A stretch of 64,000 nt of DNA from Spirochaetia bacterium (GTDB lineage Bacteria; Spirochaetota; Spirochaetia; DSM-16054; Sediminispirochaetaceae). The DNA is taken from the NCBI GenBank assembly GCA_034520965.1, contig JAXHMY010000003.1, forward strand, positions 256,001-320,000. Direction: 5' to 3'. The notes below the pieces were generated by a model. The model saw only the letters and a program-made list of their open reading frames with translations, did no database searches and was not told the DNA's origin. Shown piece after piece: positions 51,580-62,200 of the stretch (position 1 is its first letter; every line of letters begins with the position of its first letter). The translations under genes and the position numbers were made by a program.

Positions 51580-53048
51580 GTCAGGTACTTCCTGCCTTCC
51601 TCTTGGGGGAAAATGGTGCCGAAGTTCATTATACCATCGGGATCGAAAGCCTCTTTTAGTTTTTCGAGCATATAGTAGGCCGAGCCGTGCTCATCCTTGG
51701 TCCACTCGCTGCGAAACTTGCCTATGCCGTGGTGATGGCACATCGAGCCGCCGAATTTGAGGGTCTCCTCCACGATCAGTTTCTGCAGGGGATGGTGGTA
51801 GACCCGCATCTCGTCCTCCGGTGCACAGTGAATATCGTAGTTGTACACAAAATACATGTTTGTTCCGTTTATGTAACTGTGTGAGGAGTGTCCGCCTAGC
51901 ATGGTCAGCTCGTGGGCCCGGGGGTACTCTTTCCGGACGCTCTTGATTACGCTGTTGTAGATTTTGGGGATGGTCTCCCAGTCGGCGGATATCTCGGTGG
52001 TAAAGCCGGCGTGGGAATCATGTTCTTTCATACCTTCGTATTCATCATCGATATCCTGCTGCGACCAGTTTAGGTTATTGAACCAATCCTCGATATACTT
52101 ACTGTCGACCTGCTCGATAATCCCGTCTTTAAACTTTTCCGCCGCAGCTTCGATGCCCCGGCAGGTGGCCTCGACAATCCCCTGCGGGCCTTCGGCCATA
52201 AAGAGCAGCACGCACTTGTTTTTATGGAAATGGTAAAAGTGCTGGGCCGCGTCCTCATCCGAGTAGGTGCGCGCCACGGAGGGGCGGAAGCCGTTTACCA
52301 TCACCTCGCGCAGAACCTTTATCCCAGCCTCAACATCTTTGACAAGGTAGCCGTAGAAGCGGTTGTTGTCGGGGTAGAATTTGAAGCACTTCACCGTGAC
52401 CTCGGTAATATAGCAGAGGGTTCCCTCGTTGCCAATTGCGATGTGCCGGATGTCCGGACCGCCGGAGCGTCTGGAGACATTCTTGATCCGCGATATATGG
52501 CCGTCCGGGAAGACACACTCCAGCCCCACCACCATGTCCTCGATGCCTCCATACAGGGTGGAGAGCTGTCCGATGCTTCTGGTGGCCACCAGGCCGCCCA
52601 GTTTAGCCACCGGCTTTGACTGTGGCGAGTGGCCGGTGGTGCAGCCCGCTTTGCGCAGCTCCTCTTCCAGATCCTGCAGGGCAACTCCAGCCTGTACGGT
52701 GGCCTGCATATTGTAAGTATCTACCTTGATAATCTTATCCAAGTTGAGCGCGTCGATCACCAGGGTCTGTTCTTTCCAGTTTTCCAAACCGCCCTCGGTG
52801 GCCGTTTTGCCCGCCCGGGGAATCACGTTTATTCTGTGTTCGTTACAGAATTTCAAGAGCTTGCTAACCTCTTCGGTGGAGTTCGGATACACGATAGCCA
52901 GGGGCATCGGTACATCCAGCACCCCGCGGGCCTTAGCATATTTCTTGTACCGGTCCGCCGATGCGTCGTAGAGGGTCTCCCGGTCAGTGTTCACCTGTCC
53001 CGGGCTCAGCAGCTTCCGGACCTCTTCCAATATTGTTTCTGAGTTCAT
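51576..53048 (-). CDS. FAD-binding oxidoreductase (YgcU / alkyl-DHAP-synthase-like)
   Basis: TATEGGLE, GHSPQSKP, ATRSIGQ, GPDIRH, GNEG, HSSHSY, HHHGIGK, FDPDGIMN. Confidence 0.92.
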   Translation of the reverse strand: MNSETILEEVRKLLSPGQVNTDRETLYDASADRYKKYAKARGVLDVPMPLAIVYPNSTEEVSKLLKFCNEHRINVIPRAGKTATEGGLENWKEQTLVIDALNLDKIIKVDTYNMQATVQAGVALQDLEEELRKAGCTTGHSPQSKPVAKLGGLVATRSIGQLSTLYGGIEDMVVGLECVFPDGHISRIKNVSRRSGGPDIRHIAIGNEGTLCYITEVTVKCFKFYPDNNRFYGYLVKDVEAGIKVLREVMVNGFRPSVARTYSDEDAAQHFYHFHKNKCVLLFMAEGPQGIVEATCRGIEAAAEKFKDGIIEQVDSKYIEDWFNNLNWSQQDIDDEYEGMKEHDSHAGFTTEISADWETIPKIYNSVIKSVRKEYPRAHELTMLGGHSSHSYINGTNMYFVYNYDIHCAPEDEMRVYHHPLQKLIVEETLKFGGSMCHHHGIGKFRSEWTKDEHGSAYYMLEKLKEAFDPDGIMNFGTIFPQEEGRKYLT

Positions 53049-53393
53049 ACTCGTCTCCTTCCACAGTTTGATAGCTGGAAAAAGTGTACGGGGCAAACCA
53101 TGAACCGTCAACATCAAAAGAAAAGATCCGGAGGAGTTAACCTACGGAAGTTACCACAAGTTAATATATCGAGTTGTAATATTTAGTTATCACTATTTAT
53201 ATAGGTAACGCACATCAATAAATCCTGATAATTGTTGATAGCACAATAAATAAACAGAAATAAACTGATACGCACTTATATAGTGAAATAAAATAAACAT
53301 CTCTTCATGTAATAAAAGACTTGCGTTTTCCTAGTGTTGTAAATATAATAGAGGGATCAGTATTAAAAATACTATCAAGATAAGGAGAAAAAG

Positions 53394-54895
53394 ATGAAAA
53401 GAAGCATAATGTTATGCACAGTATTCCTGCTGGCAGCCGCAACGGTTTTTGCGGGGGGCGAACAGGAGACTGAAGAGAAAATGATAATTCGGGTGGCCGA
53501 ACAGGTGCCCAACCTGATAACCCCCGGAGTATGGGACGGACAAGCATTCTCCCTGAACGGGTCCATCTATGATTATCTAATTGAAATGGACGCGAATACC
53601 GGCGAATCTGGTCCTCCCTGGCTACAGAATGGAACAGCCCCAATGGTAAGGTCTGGACCTTCAAACTTCGGAAAGGAGTAAAATTCCACGACGGCAGCGA
53701 TTTCACCTCCGCCGATGTAATGTACACTCTTGAAAGGACCCAGGACCCGGATATTGGCCACCTCAAAGCGCAGGATTTTGAAAACCTCGAGAAGATTGCG
53801 ACTCCTGACGATCATACAGTTGTAATCACCCTCAAAGAGGCAGCGCCCACCTTCAATTTCATTTTTACCGACTACAACATGGCGATACTTTCTTCGGACT
53901 ACGATTACGCTTCGAAGGGAGAATCGGCACCCATGGGAACCGGACCCTTCAAACTTGAAAAGCTTGTTCCGAAAGAATCCGCCCTGCTGGTCAAGAACAG
54001 TGATTACTGGGCAGAAGGACTGCCAAAGGCAGATGAACTGAGAATTTACTTTGTTCCCGATATTGATTCCAGTGTTTCCCTGCTCGAAGCGGGAGAGGTG
54101 GATATCGTTCCCCAGATTTCCCCAATTATCAAAAAGCGCCTGGAAAGCATGGACGGATTCAAGGTCGTCTCTCCCTACCAGGAGTCCCGCTTTATCGCTC
54201 TGGCCGACGATCGGGAGCCCTTTTCCGACAACCGGGTAAGGCTTGCCTTCAAATACAGCATGGATCCGGAGATTCTGGCCAAAGCGTGTCAGGGCACCCT
54301 CGGCGAGACCATTTTTTACAACGAGACTCCCATTGTGAACGCCCTCGCGCAGTACAAGAAAATTCCCTTCCGCGGCCGGGATATTGACAAGGCAAAAGAA
54401 CTGCTGGCGGAAGCCGGTTATCCCGACGGACTGTCGGTGGATTTCTTCTATGCCTCCGACCATCCCTACGGTAGCGATATTGCACAGACCCTTAAGGAGC
54501 TGGCTGCACCCGCAGGTATAGAACTCAACCTCAAGGGTTTTCCGCGGGACATCTACCTTTCTCAGCACTGGATGGACGGACCGATGCTGCTTACCGGCTG
54601 GGGAGTGCGGGTAGACCCCTCCATGCTGCTCATGCTCGCGTATCATTCGGAAGGTCCCTGGAACGAATCTCATATAGACAACCCGCGGATCGATGAGCTT
54701 ATCGAAAAAATCCGAGGCGAGGTGGATCCCGAGGTTCGCCAGACCTATTATGACGAACTCCAGCAAATTTTCCATGAAGAGGGTACGGTTATTAACCTCC
54801 AGGTTCCTTACCTGGTCGGCGTAAGCGACGCGGTTACCGATTACCGCCAGCCCCTCACAATGCTGCCCCAGCTCGAATACACCACTATAAAATAG
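53394..54895 (+). CDS. Family 5 ABC substrate-binding protein, frameshift near 53610
   Basis: Signal ...VFAGG; GVKFHDGS, GTGPF, VRLA, AKELLAEAGY. Confidence 0.88.
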
Positions 54896-54904
54896 CGAGG
54901 AGAT

Positions 54905-55870
54905 ATGGATTTTCTGAAACGTTTTGCCAAGCGGTTGGGTTTTACGCTGTTGACCATTCTTGCCATGTCTATCCTGATATTCTTCCTGGTCGAAATAATG
55001 CCGGGAGATGTGGCCCAGACCGTTCTGGGCCAGAGTGCCACCGAGGAATCGGTGGCTGCTCTTCGGGATAGGATGGGGCTTGACGACCCCATGCACGAGA
55101 GGTACATCCGCTGGGCTGGAGGATTTATCCGGGGCGACCTGGGAGAGTCCCTCTATATGCGCGGAGTACAGATAAACACTATTTTCTGGAGAAAGGTCGG
55201 TCATTCGGTTGTACTGGCCTTAACCGCGCTCCTTTTTTACGTACCCCTGTCAATCCTCTTTGGAGTCTTTGCGGGGGTAAAGGAGGGGAAGGCGCCAGAC
55301 GCGATAATCTCTTTTGTGGGGCTGGCAACCATGGCCCTTCCGGAATTCGTTTCAGGAATTATTCTCATAACGGTTTTTGCGGTGGGCTTAGAGATCCTTC
55401 CCATCGCAAGCATTATTCCCATAGGAGAGAACCTCTGGCAGAACCTGGACATTCTGGTTCTGCCGGCCCTCTCCATCACCTTCGTGATGTTCGGGTATGT
55501 TTCGCGTATGCAGCGCTCCTCTATGGTCAGCGTCATGAAAGCGGACTATATCCGAGCGGCCATTCTCAAGGGAATGCCGCGCAAATACGTAATTTTCCGC
55601 CATGCCCTTAAAAATGCACTTCTTCCGACCATAACTATTATCGGAATGAATATGGGATGGCTCTTCGGAGGCCTGATCGTAGTGGAGACCCTTTTCGGCT
55701 TTCCCGGTTTGGGCTCTTTGACCATGTCGGCCATCAAAACGCGGGACATTCCGCTGATTGAGGCCTGCGTACTTTTTATCACTTTCATTTTTGTTTTTTC
55801 TACCTTTATAACCGACATGCTGTACGCCTTTCTCAACCCGCGTATCCGCTATAAACGGGGGGACGTATGA
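54905..55870 (+). CDS. Opp/Dpp ABC permease (B-type)
   Basis: MPGD, GDLGES, DYIRAAILKG, HALKNA, NPRIR. Confidence 0.93.
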   Translation: MDFLKRFAKRLGFTLLTILAMSILIFFLVEIMPGDVAQTVLGQSATEESVAALRDRMGLDDPMHERYIRWAGGFIRGDLGESLYMRGVQINTIFWRKVGHSVVLALTALLFYVPLSILFGVFAGVKEGKAPDAIISFVGLATMALPEFVSGIILITVFAVGLEILPIASIIPIGENLWQNLDILVLPALSITFVMFGYVSRMQRSSMVSVMKADYIRAAILKGMPRKYVIFRHALKNALLPTITIIGMNMGWLFGGLIVVETLFGFPGLGSLTMSAIKTRDIPLIEACVLFITFIFVFSTFITDMLYAFLNPRIRYKRGDV

Positions 55871-56697
55871 ACACATATCTTCTGCAGCTTAAACGCAGCC
55901 CGCGGGCCATCGCCGGCCTAACGATTCTCCTCATCTGGATTATAGCCGCCATTGCCGGCCCCTCCCTGCTGCCCTACACCTATACCGGGATGGATATGGA
56001 TAATCAGATGGTTGCTCCGGGGCAGGCTGGACACCTTCTCGGCACCGACGCCCTGGGACGGGATGTCTTTTCCAGGATTATCTACGGAAGCCGTTCCATT
56101 CTGACCATCGCCCTTTTGACCAGCCTGCTGTCATCCATCGCCGGAATTATCATCGGCTTTACCGCCGGCTACTTCGGAGGAATCGTCGATACGATCTTTC
56201 TCAGGATAATGGATATTCTTATGGCCATTCCACCGCTGGTACTGGCCATGGTGGTACTCGGTATCCTCGGCAACTCGACCATTGCCGGACTTACCATTAT
56301 TGTCTCCATTGCCTTTACCCCGGCCACTGCTCGCGTGGCCCGCGGGGCACTTCTGACCTGTAAAAGTACTGAATATGTCGATGCGGCCCGTATCCGGGGA
56401 GAATCGCACATTTACATTATGTTCGTCGAGATTCTGCCCAACACCATCGGCCCGGTCATAGTTGAGATTACCGCACGCTTTGCCTATTCCATAATGATGA
56501 TAGCTTCCCTCGGTTTTCTGGGGGTAGGCCTTCAGCCGCCCACACCGGACTGGGGAATGATGGTGATCGAGAACAAATCGCTTATCCGGGCGGCACCCTG
56601 GACGGTACTCTATCCGTCCCTGGCGATTGCCTCCCTGGTTATTGCTATTTCTCTCTTTTCGGACTTTGTCAGCAAGGTGATGATCAATGAAGACTGA
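55867..56697 (+). CDS. Opp/Dpp ABC permease (C-type)
   Basis: HLLGTDALGRD, EYVDAARIRG, PPTPDWG. Confidence 0.93.
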   Translation: MNTYLLQLKRSPRAIAGLTILLIWIIAAIAGPSLLPYTYTGMDMDNQMVAPGQAGHLLGTDALGRDVFSRIIYGSRSILTIALLTSLLSSIAGIIIGFTAGYFGGIVDTIFLRIMDILMAIPPLVLAMVVLGILGNSTIAGLTIIVSIAFTPATARVARGALLTCKSTEYVDAARIRGESHIYIMFVEILPNTIGPVIVEITARFAYSIMMIASLGFLGVGLQPPTPDWGMMVIENKSLIRAAPWTVLYPSLAIASLVIAISLFSDFVSKVMINED

Positions 56698-58712
56698 ACC
56701 GGTACTTGAAATAAAAGAACTCGATGTTGCCTACCACACCCTTACAGAGACGGTAGTGGCTTTGCAAGGGGTGTCCCTCGGGGTTGGTAAAAACGAAGCC
56801 CTCGGAATTATCGGCGAGTCGGGATGCGGGAAGACCACTCTTTTTTACGCAATCATGGACTACCTGCCGGTTACCGCCTCACGCTCTGGCGAGATACTGT
56901 TCAAAGGTGAGGACCTCGTAGTTAAAACGCCGAAGCAGATGACGAAGTTCCGCGGCAGCAAAATTGCTATGGTGTACCAAAACCCCTATTCAAGCCTGAA
57001 TCCGTCGCTTACGATCGGCTTTCAGCTTGAAGAGGTTTCCATGTTCCATCACGGAATGAGCAGAAAGGAAGCCCGGCAGGCGGCGGTGGAAACATTGTCG
57101 AATCTGCACCTCGGTGATGCGGCGGGTATAGTCCGCCGCTACCCCCATCAGATAAGCGGCGGCATGCAGCAGCGTATTTGCATTGCCATGGCACTGCTCT
57201 GCAAACCCGACCTAATGATTCTAGACGAACCGACCACCGCTCTGGATGTTACCACCGAAGCGGTTATTCTGGACATAATTCAAGAGCTGAAAGACAAGTA
57301 CAATATGTCCCTCATCTATATTTCCCACGATATTGGCGTTGTAAACAAGGTGTCGGACAGGGTTGCGGTTATGTACCGCGGCGAGGTGGTGGAATTCGGT
57401 AATCAGAACACCATTTATAAAAACCCTCAGCACCCCTATACCAGGGCACTGATAAACTGCATGCCCCGGGCGGGAGTTCTGAAAGAGAATACCCAGCTCA
57501 ACACCATACCGGGATATGTCTCCCGAAGAAGCGCCGCCGAAACCGGCTGCCCCTTTGTCGCACGCTGCGAGAAGAAAAACGCAACCTGTGAGGAAAAGTA
57601 CGGCATGGTGGAACGGCAGCCGGATCATTTTTCAGCCTGTGACCGAGCCTATGCCACGGATATTCCGGATAAGGTTCTGTCAAGGGAAAAAGGGTCCATT
57701 CCGGAGGGCAGTGAGCCCGAGCACAAGACTATTCTTAAAATAGATAATCTCTATAAATATTACGGTCCCCACGGAAAAAGAATCCGGGCTCTGGACGGGG
57801 TGGATCTTACCCTCGAACGTAACAGCGTCCTAGGGGTAGTCGGCGAATCGGGATGCGGTAAAAGCACCATGGGTCATACGGTCAGCGGGCTGATGCGACC
57901 CACCCGCGGAAAGATTATTTTCGACGGTACCGATATTTCGGTGTCCTGGCGGAAACGCAGCCCGGAAACCCTGCGGGATATTCAGCTTATTTTCCAGAAC
58001 CCCGGGCGCAGCCTGAACCCATCGTTTACCATCGAGAACATTATCGGACGGCCTATGCTGAAACTGCTGGGTATAAAATCGCGGCAGGAACGGCGCAAGC
58101 TAATCGTGGATATCCTGAAAAAGGTAGATCTTGGAGAGGAATACCTCTATCGGCGCCCCAAACAGCTGAGCGGCGGAGAGATGCAGCGGGCCGCAGTGGC
58201 CCGGGCCTTTTCCATTGGCCCCAATCTCCTGGTCTGTGACGAACCAACCTCCGCTCTGGATGCGTCCGTGCAGGCATCGGTCCTGAACCTGCTGGTGGAC
58301 CTGCAGAAAGATTCCGGGGCCGCCTACATTTTTATTTCACACGACCTCAACGTTATCAACTACCTGAGCGACTATATTATGGTTATGTACCTGGGCAGGA
58401 TCTGCGAATACGGTACGAAAACCGAGGTGGCAAGTTCTCCGCGCCACCCCTATACCGAGGCGCTGCTCTCGGCGGTCCCCGACGTGGACCCCTCCCTCAA
58501 AAAGGGCGAAATACGGCTGCAAGGTGCGCCTCCCAATCCGACCCGTAAGATCAAGGGCTGCCCCTTTGCCGGACGCTGCCACCGCAAGGTGGGGTCTGTC
58601 TGCGATACAACTCCCCCGCCAAAGGTTAGATTTTTCCGATACGCATTTCGCCTATTGCCACATTTCTCCGGAAATACTGAACTCGGAAATAAGCGTAAAG
58701 GGCATTAATTAA
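56687..58712 (+). CDS. Fused DppD/DppF-type ABC ATPase (probable indel near 58630)
   Basis: Two GESGCGK cassettes, YPHQISGG, HPYT, GCPF..RC Cys motifs. Confidence 0.92.
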
Positions 58713-58717
58713 AAAAA

Positions 58718-58791
58718 TGAACACGGCGGGATTCGAACCCACGACTTCCACCTCCGGAGGGTGGCGCTCTATCCAGCTGAGCTACGTGTCC
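58718..58791 (-). tRNA. tRNA-Arg (anticodon CCG), CCA not encoded
   Basis: GGACACG/CGTGTTC acceptor, TAGCTCAGCTGGATAGAGC D-arm, CCACC-CTCCGGA-GGTGG anticodon arm, GGTTCGAATCC T-arm. Confidence 0.96.
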
Positions 58792-58897
58792 AGTGAAAGA
58801 AAGCATATCTCTTTCAATGCTGCATGTCAATATCCTGCTTTCCTCGGCATTGCTCGGCATTGCGGGAGACCTCAAGCTCGTATATACTTCAGCCATT

Positions 58898-59974
58898 ATG
58901 AAAGAACTTATACACACGCAACAAGAGCTAAGCGAACTGATCGGCTGCCCCGGAAGGGAACAGTCTGTCCGCAGGTATATACACAACAGCATCGATCCCT
59001 ATGTGGATACACTGCAGGAAGATGCTGCGGGGAATTTAATCGCCGTTAAATACGGTCGGAACGAAAAAAGCGATGTAGTTCTATTAGACGCCCACATGGA
59101 TGAGGTTGGCTTTATGGTGAACCACCTTGAAGGGGACGGGCTTTTGCGTGTTTCGGCCCTGGGCGGTATCGATCCCAGTCTACTGCCCGGTGCCACGGTT
59201 CAGTTCAACGTGAATTCTGAAAACGGAAACACTGGCCGCATTACCGGAGTTTTCAGCAGTATCCCTCCCCATGTAAAAAACAGTCTGGGCAGCAACGGAG
59301 GCCCCCTCAAAACTGAAGCCCTGACTATCGATGTGGGCGCCGCCTCTGAGGCTGAGCTGCGAGAGCTCGGTATAGATATCGGCAGTACCGGAACTTTTTT
59401 TACTCCCTTTCAGCGGCTGGGAGAAAACTCCTTGATGGGCAAAGCTTTTGATAACCGCAGCGGCTGCAACCTGCTTTTGCAAACCGCATACAGGATTACT
59501 GAGAATCCAATTGACACCACCGTGGTGTTTCTTTTTTCAACAGCCGAGGAGCATAATCAGCTGGGGGCAGGGAGCATTCAACTGCCCTTGAAGCCTGCTG
59601 CAGCTTTGGTGCTGGAGAATACCACCGCCACCGATACAGCCGGGACCCCAACACACTTCAAGGTTGCCGAGCTTGGTAAAGGGCCGGCACTTACCCTTGC
59701 CGACACAAAGTATGTGGTACCCGAAAGAATTGTCAACTCACTAAAGGCATGTGCAGAGCGTCACGCTATTCCGTGGCAGTATAAAAAACCGGTATACGGC
59801 GGAACCAATGCCGCTACCATCTCCACCGGAGGAGCCGGTATTCCAACCGGAATACTCTCTGTGCCCTGCCGCTACATTCACAGTCCCGCCGGGGTGCTGC
59901 GAATTACTGACATGGAACACACCGCAAACCTGCTGTATTATTATCTGCATGATTTTCCTCAGAATTTTGCTTAG
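58898..59974 (+). CDS. M42 family aminopeptidase
   Basis: PGRE, DAHMDEVG, LGGID, IDVG, KAFDNR, EEH, RYIHSP. Confidence 0.9.
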   Translation: MKELIHTQQELSELIGCPGREQSVRRYIHNSIDPYVDTLQEDAAGNLIAVKYGRNEKSDVVLLDAHMDEVGFMVNHLEGDGLLRVSALGGIDPSLLPGATVQFNVNSENGNTGRITGVFSSIPPHVKNSLGSNGGPLKTEALTIDVGAASEAELRELGIDIGSTGTFFTPFQRLGENSLMGKAFDNRSGCNLLLQTAYRITENPIDTTVVFLFSTAEEHNQLGAGSIQLPLKPAAALVLENTTATDTAGTPTHFKVAELGKGPALTLADTKYVVPERIVNSLKACAERHAIPWQYKKPVYGGTNAATISTGGAGIPTGILSVPCRYIHSPAGVLRITDMEHTANLLYYYLHDFPQNFA

Positions 59975-59983
59975 AGGTTTAGA

Positions 59984-60013
59984 GTCTTTGTACGTCTTTG
60001 TGCGTCTTTGTGC
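59984..60013. repeat. 10-bp tandem repeat x3
   Basis: GTCTTTGT(A/G)C x3. Confidence 0.85.
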
Positions 60014-60064
60014 TTGACTTTTCAGTGCCCGCCGCCTAACCTGCTAAAAAATTAAGGAGAAGAT

Positions 60065-60620
60065 ATGCGAATCCGTTATAATGCACCGATTACACTCACC
60101 TTTGCGCTAGTTGCAGCTCTAGTTTTGGCAATAGATCAACTTACCGGTGCCGGCATTATACCGGCTCTCTGTATGGTTCCCGGAAAAGCGGCGTTCAGTT
60201 TTACTTCTTTTCTTGACTATGTCAGAATTTTCACCCATGTCCTTGGCCATGTAGGATGGGCACATCTTTTGAGTAATTTTGCTATAATTCTCCTGATCGG
60301 TCCTATTTTAGAAGAAAAATACGGTTCAGTTTCACTTTTTATCATGATTCTTATTACCGCGTTGGTCACCGGCCTGTTGAATGCCCTTCTTTTCTACCGC
60401 TTTATTGGGTGCCAGCGGGGTCGCTTTTATGATGATTCTGCTGGTCTCGTTTACCAACATTCGCAATGGAGAGATTCCGCTTACTTTCATTCTGATTCTC
60501 ATTCTGTACCTGGCAAAAGAGATTATTTCATCGGTACAGGCGAATCAGATTTCCGAGTTTGCCCACATTGCAGGGGGCATATGCGGGAGTATGTTCGGCT
60601 TTTTGCGCCCACGCAAATAA
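60065..60620 (+). CDS. Rhomboid intramembrane serine protease, frameshift near 60390
   Basis: HVLGH..WAHLLSN, LEEKYG in frame 1; GASG and AHIAG in frame 2. Confidence 0.85.
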
Positions 60621-60630
60621 GCCCGACCAA

Positions 60631-60654
60631 TACTCCCGTACTCCCGTACTCCCG
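60631..60654. repeat. 8-bp tandem repeat x3
   Basis: TACTCCCG x3. Confidence 0.85.
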
Positions 60655-60671
60655 TAAATAACAAACAAGCC

Positions 60672-61923
60672 CTATTTTAGCTCCGGACGGTTGCCTGTGG
60701 TAATCTCAATTAGCTCGCCCTGCATCCACTCCTCTTCGTTGTTCAGCTCCCAATAGAACTGTACCAAGCTTCCCGGTACATCCTGCGAAGCCCACCACGT
60801 GTAGCTCCACTCGTCACTGTCGGCTGAATAGCTGTGTTCCAGTACATCACATTCATAAGTGTTTCCGGCAATCTTTACACGCTCCGTACCGGTTTTATAC
60901 TCTGCATAGTCTTCAGGAGTAATTGGTTCCACATCGGCCGACTCATACTCAGCTTCATCCGTCTCATTTAAAAACTCGTACTCTCCAACTTTATTTTCCG
61001 CCACATCCTTAAAACGCATTTTTAGGAGCTGGTAATCCGGAGCGATGTGATACTCGTACACTAAGCGGTCCCCTTCCCTAGAAAAGGCAACCCGCCACCA
61101 TTTTGACCCGTCATCCTCTATGCTGAGCAGTGCCCTTTCCAATCGGATTTCCTCATTTTCATCAGAAGAGGTCAACGACCAGACAGTGCCCTGACCGACT
61201 TCATAAGTTGAATCGTCAAAGTAGAACCCTCCAGCCGCAAAGGCGTACCAGTAGATAGCATAAAACTGAGATACATACATTTGGGTCATCATTATTCTAC
61301 CGGAGGCGCGAATATCCGACTCAAATTTGGTGGAATCTACCTTCGGGGTCGGGCCGATTTTCAACTGTAAGACCGAGGAATCCTCCGGATATATCCCCCC
61401 ACCGATTATAACCGGCGGAAATTGCAACAGAGGGATTAAGAAAATAGTTCAAACCGGTCATAGTAACAAAACGAAGTGCCGAATCGTTTTCGTTGTATTT
61501 CATGTTATCGAACCCAAGGCCGAGTTCAGCAAAATATTCCAGTTTACCGAGTATCCCGGAATCTGAAGAATCAAGCCCCCTGAAGCCGAGATGAAAAGTA
61601 GCCACTCCGCCAACCCCAGCTGACATGCTGTTATCCAAGGCGCTGTCGTCTACTAATCCAAAATGCCCCCGAGCGGCCACTCCAATATCAATCGGAGCAA
61701 CGTCCTCGAAACCATACTTATGCAAAATTACTTCAGCACCCGGGTATACCCCCAAGCCACCGGAGTAACCCGCGGGTGTTTCAAATGACCCCCGTGCCGA
61801 AAAAACAACATTCCCTGGAGAATACCAGGACCCCCAAATCACGCTCTCTTCCTGAGAGAACGCACCTGTAGTAGAGCACAGAAGAACAACCACCGTAATT
61901 AAAACAGCTTTTTTACTATACAA
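60672..61923 (-). CDS. Exported hypothetical protein (small beta-barrel-like N-half plus soluble C-half), probably one gene with a frameshift near 61370
   Basis: Signal AFS-Q; removing one base joins GGFLG-LQLKIGPTPK. Confidence 0.6.
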
Positions 61924-62028
61924 TTTGATCCTCCTTCCAATAACTCTAGTATAAATCCGACTTTATAAGCTGTCCAATGTAAAAATGAGTACATTGCATA
62001 TGCGGCGTTTTTTTGGTATCTTTTGTTC

Positions 62029-62196
62029 ATGCAGGTAAAAATAAATAATCGAGGTAATGGAGCATGTCCACTTTGTCATTACGACAAAAAGTGCTCATTC
62101 CAGAAAAAACTTACGAATGCGCTGGAAGCGGTGAAAAGCAAGGAAGATTTTGAACTGGTAGTCTATACATGTCCCTATTTTAAGGAGAAATTTTAA
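62029..62196 (+). CDS. Small Cys4 protein (55 aa), possible Zn/Fe-S binding
   Basis: Below ORF-track cutoff: [22 protein letters not shown]...[10 protein letters not shown]; preceded by TTGCAT-17-TATCTT; its 3' end holds the prfA SD. Confidence 0.75.
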   Translation: MQVKINNRGNGACPLCHYDKKCSFQKKLTNALEAVKSKEDFELVVYTCPYFKEKF

Positions 62197-62200
62197 TACG

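Noticed and set aside
53100..53200. Repeated AGTT motifs or a GlpP-type antiterminator leader
   Set aside because: Irregular spacing (14, 10, 13, 13), weak hairpin and no regulator gene in the window.
53573..55204. 543-aa minus-strand ORF
   Set aside because: Antisense shadow of the ABC binding-protein/permease genes; no motifs or SD.
46200..58791. Integrase-type genomic island at tRNA-Arg
   Set aside because: No integrase, and I found no duplicate of the tRNA 3' end; only composition and position are suggestive.
58793..58897. N-terminal extension of the M42 ORF
   Set aside because: Overlaps the tRNA upstream region; ATG 58898 gives a normal-length protein.
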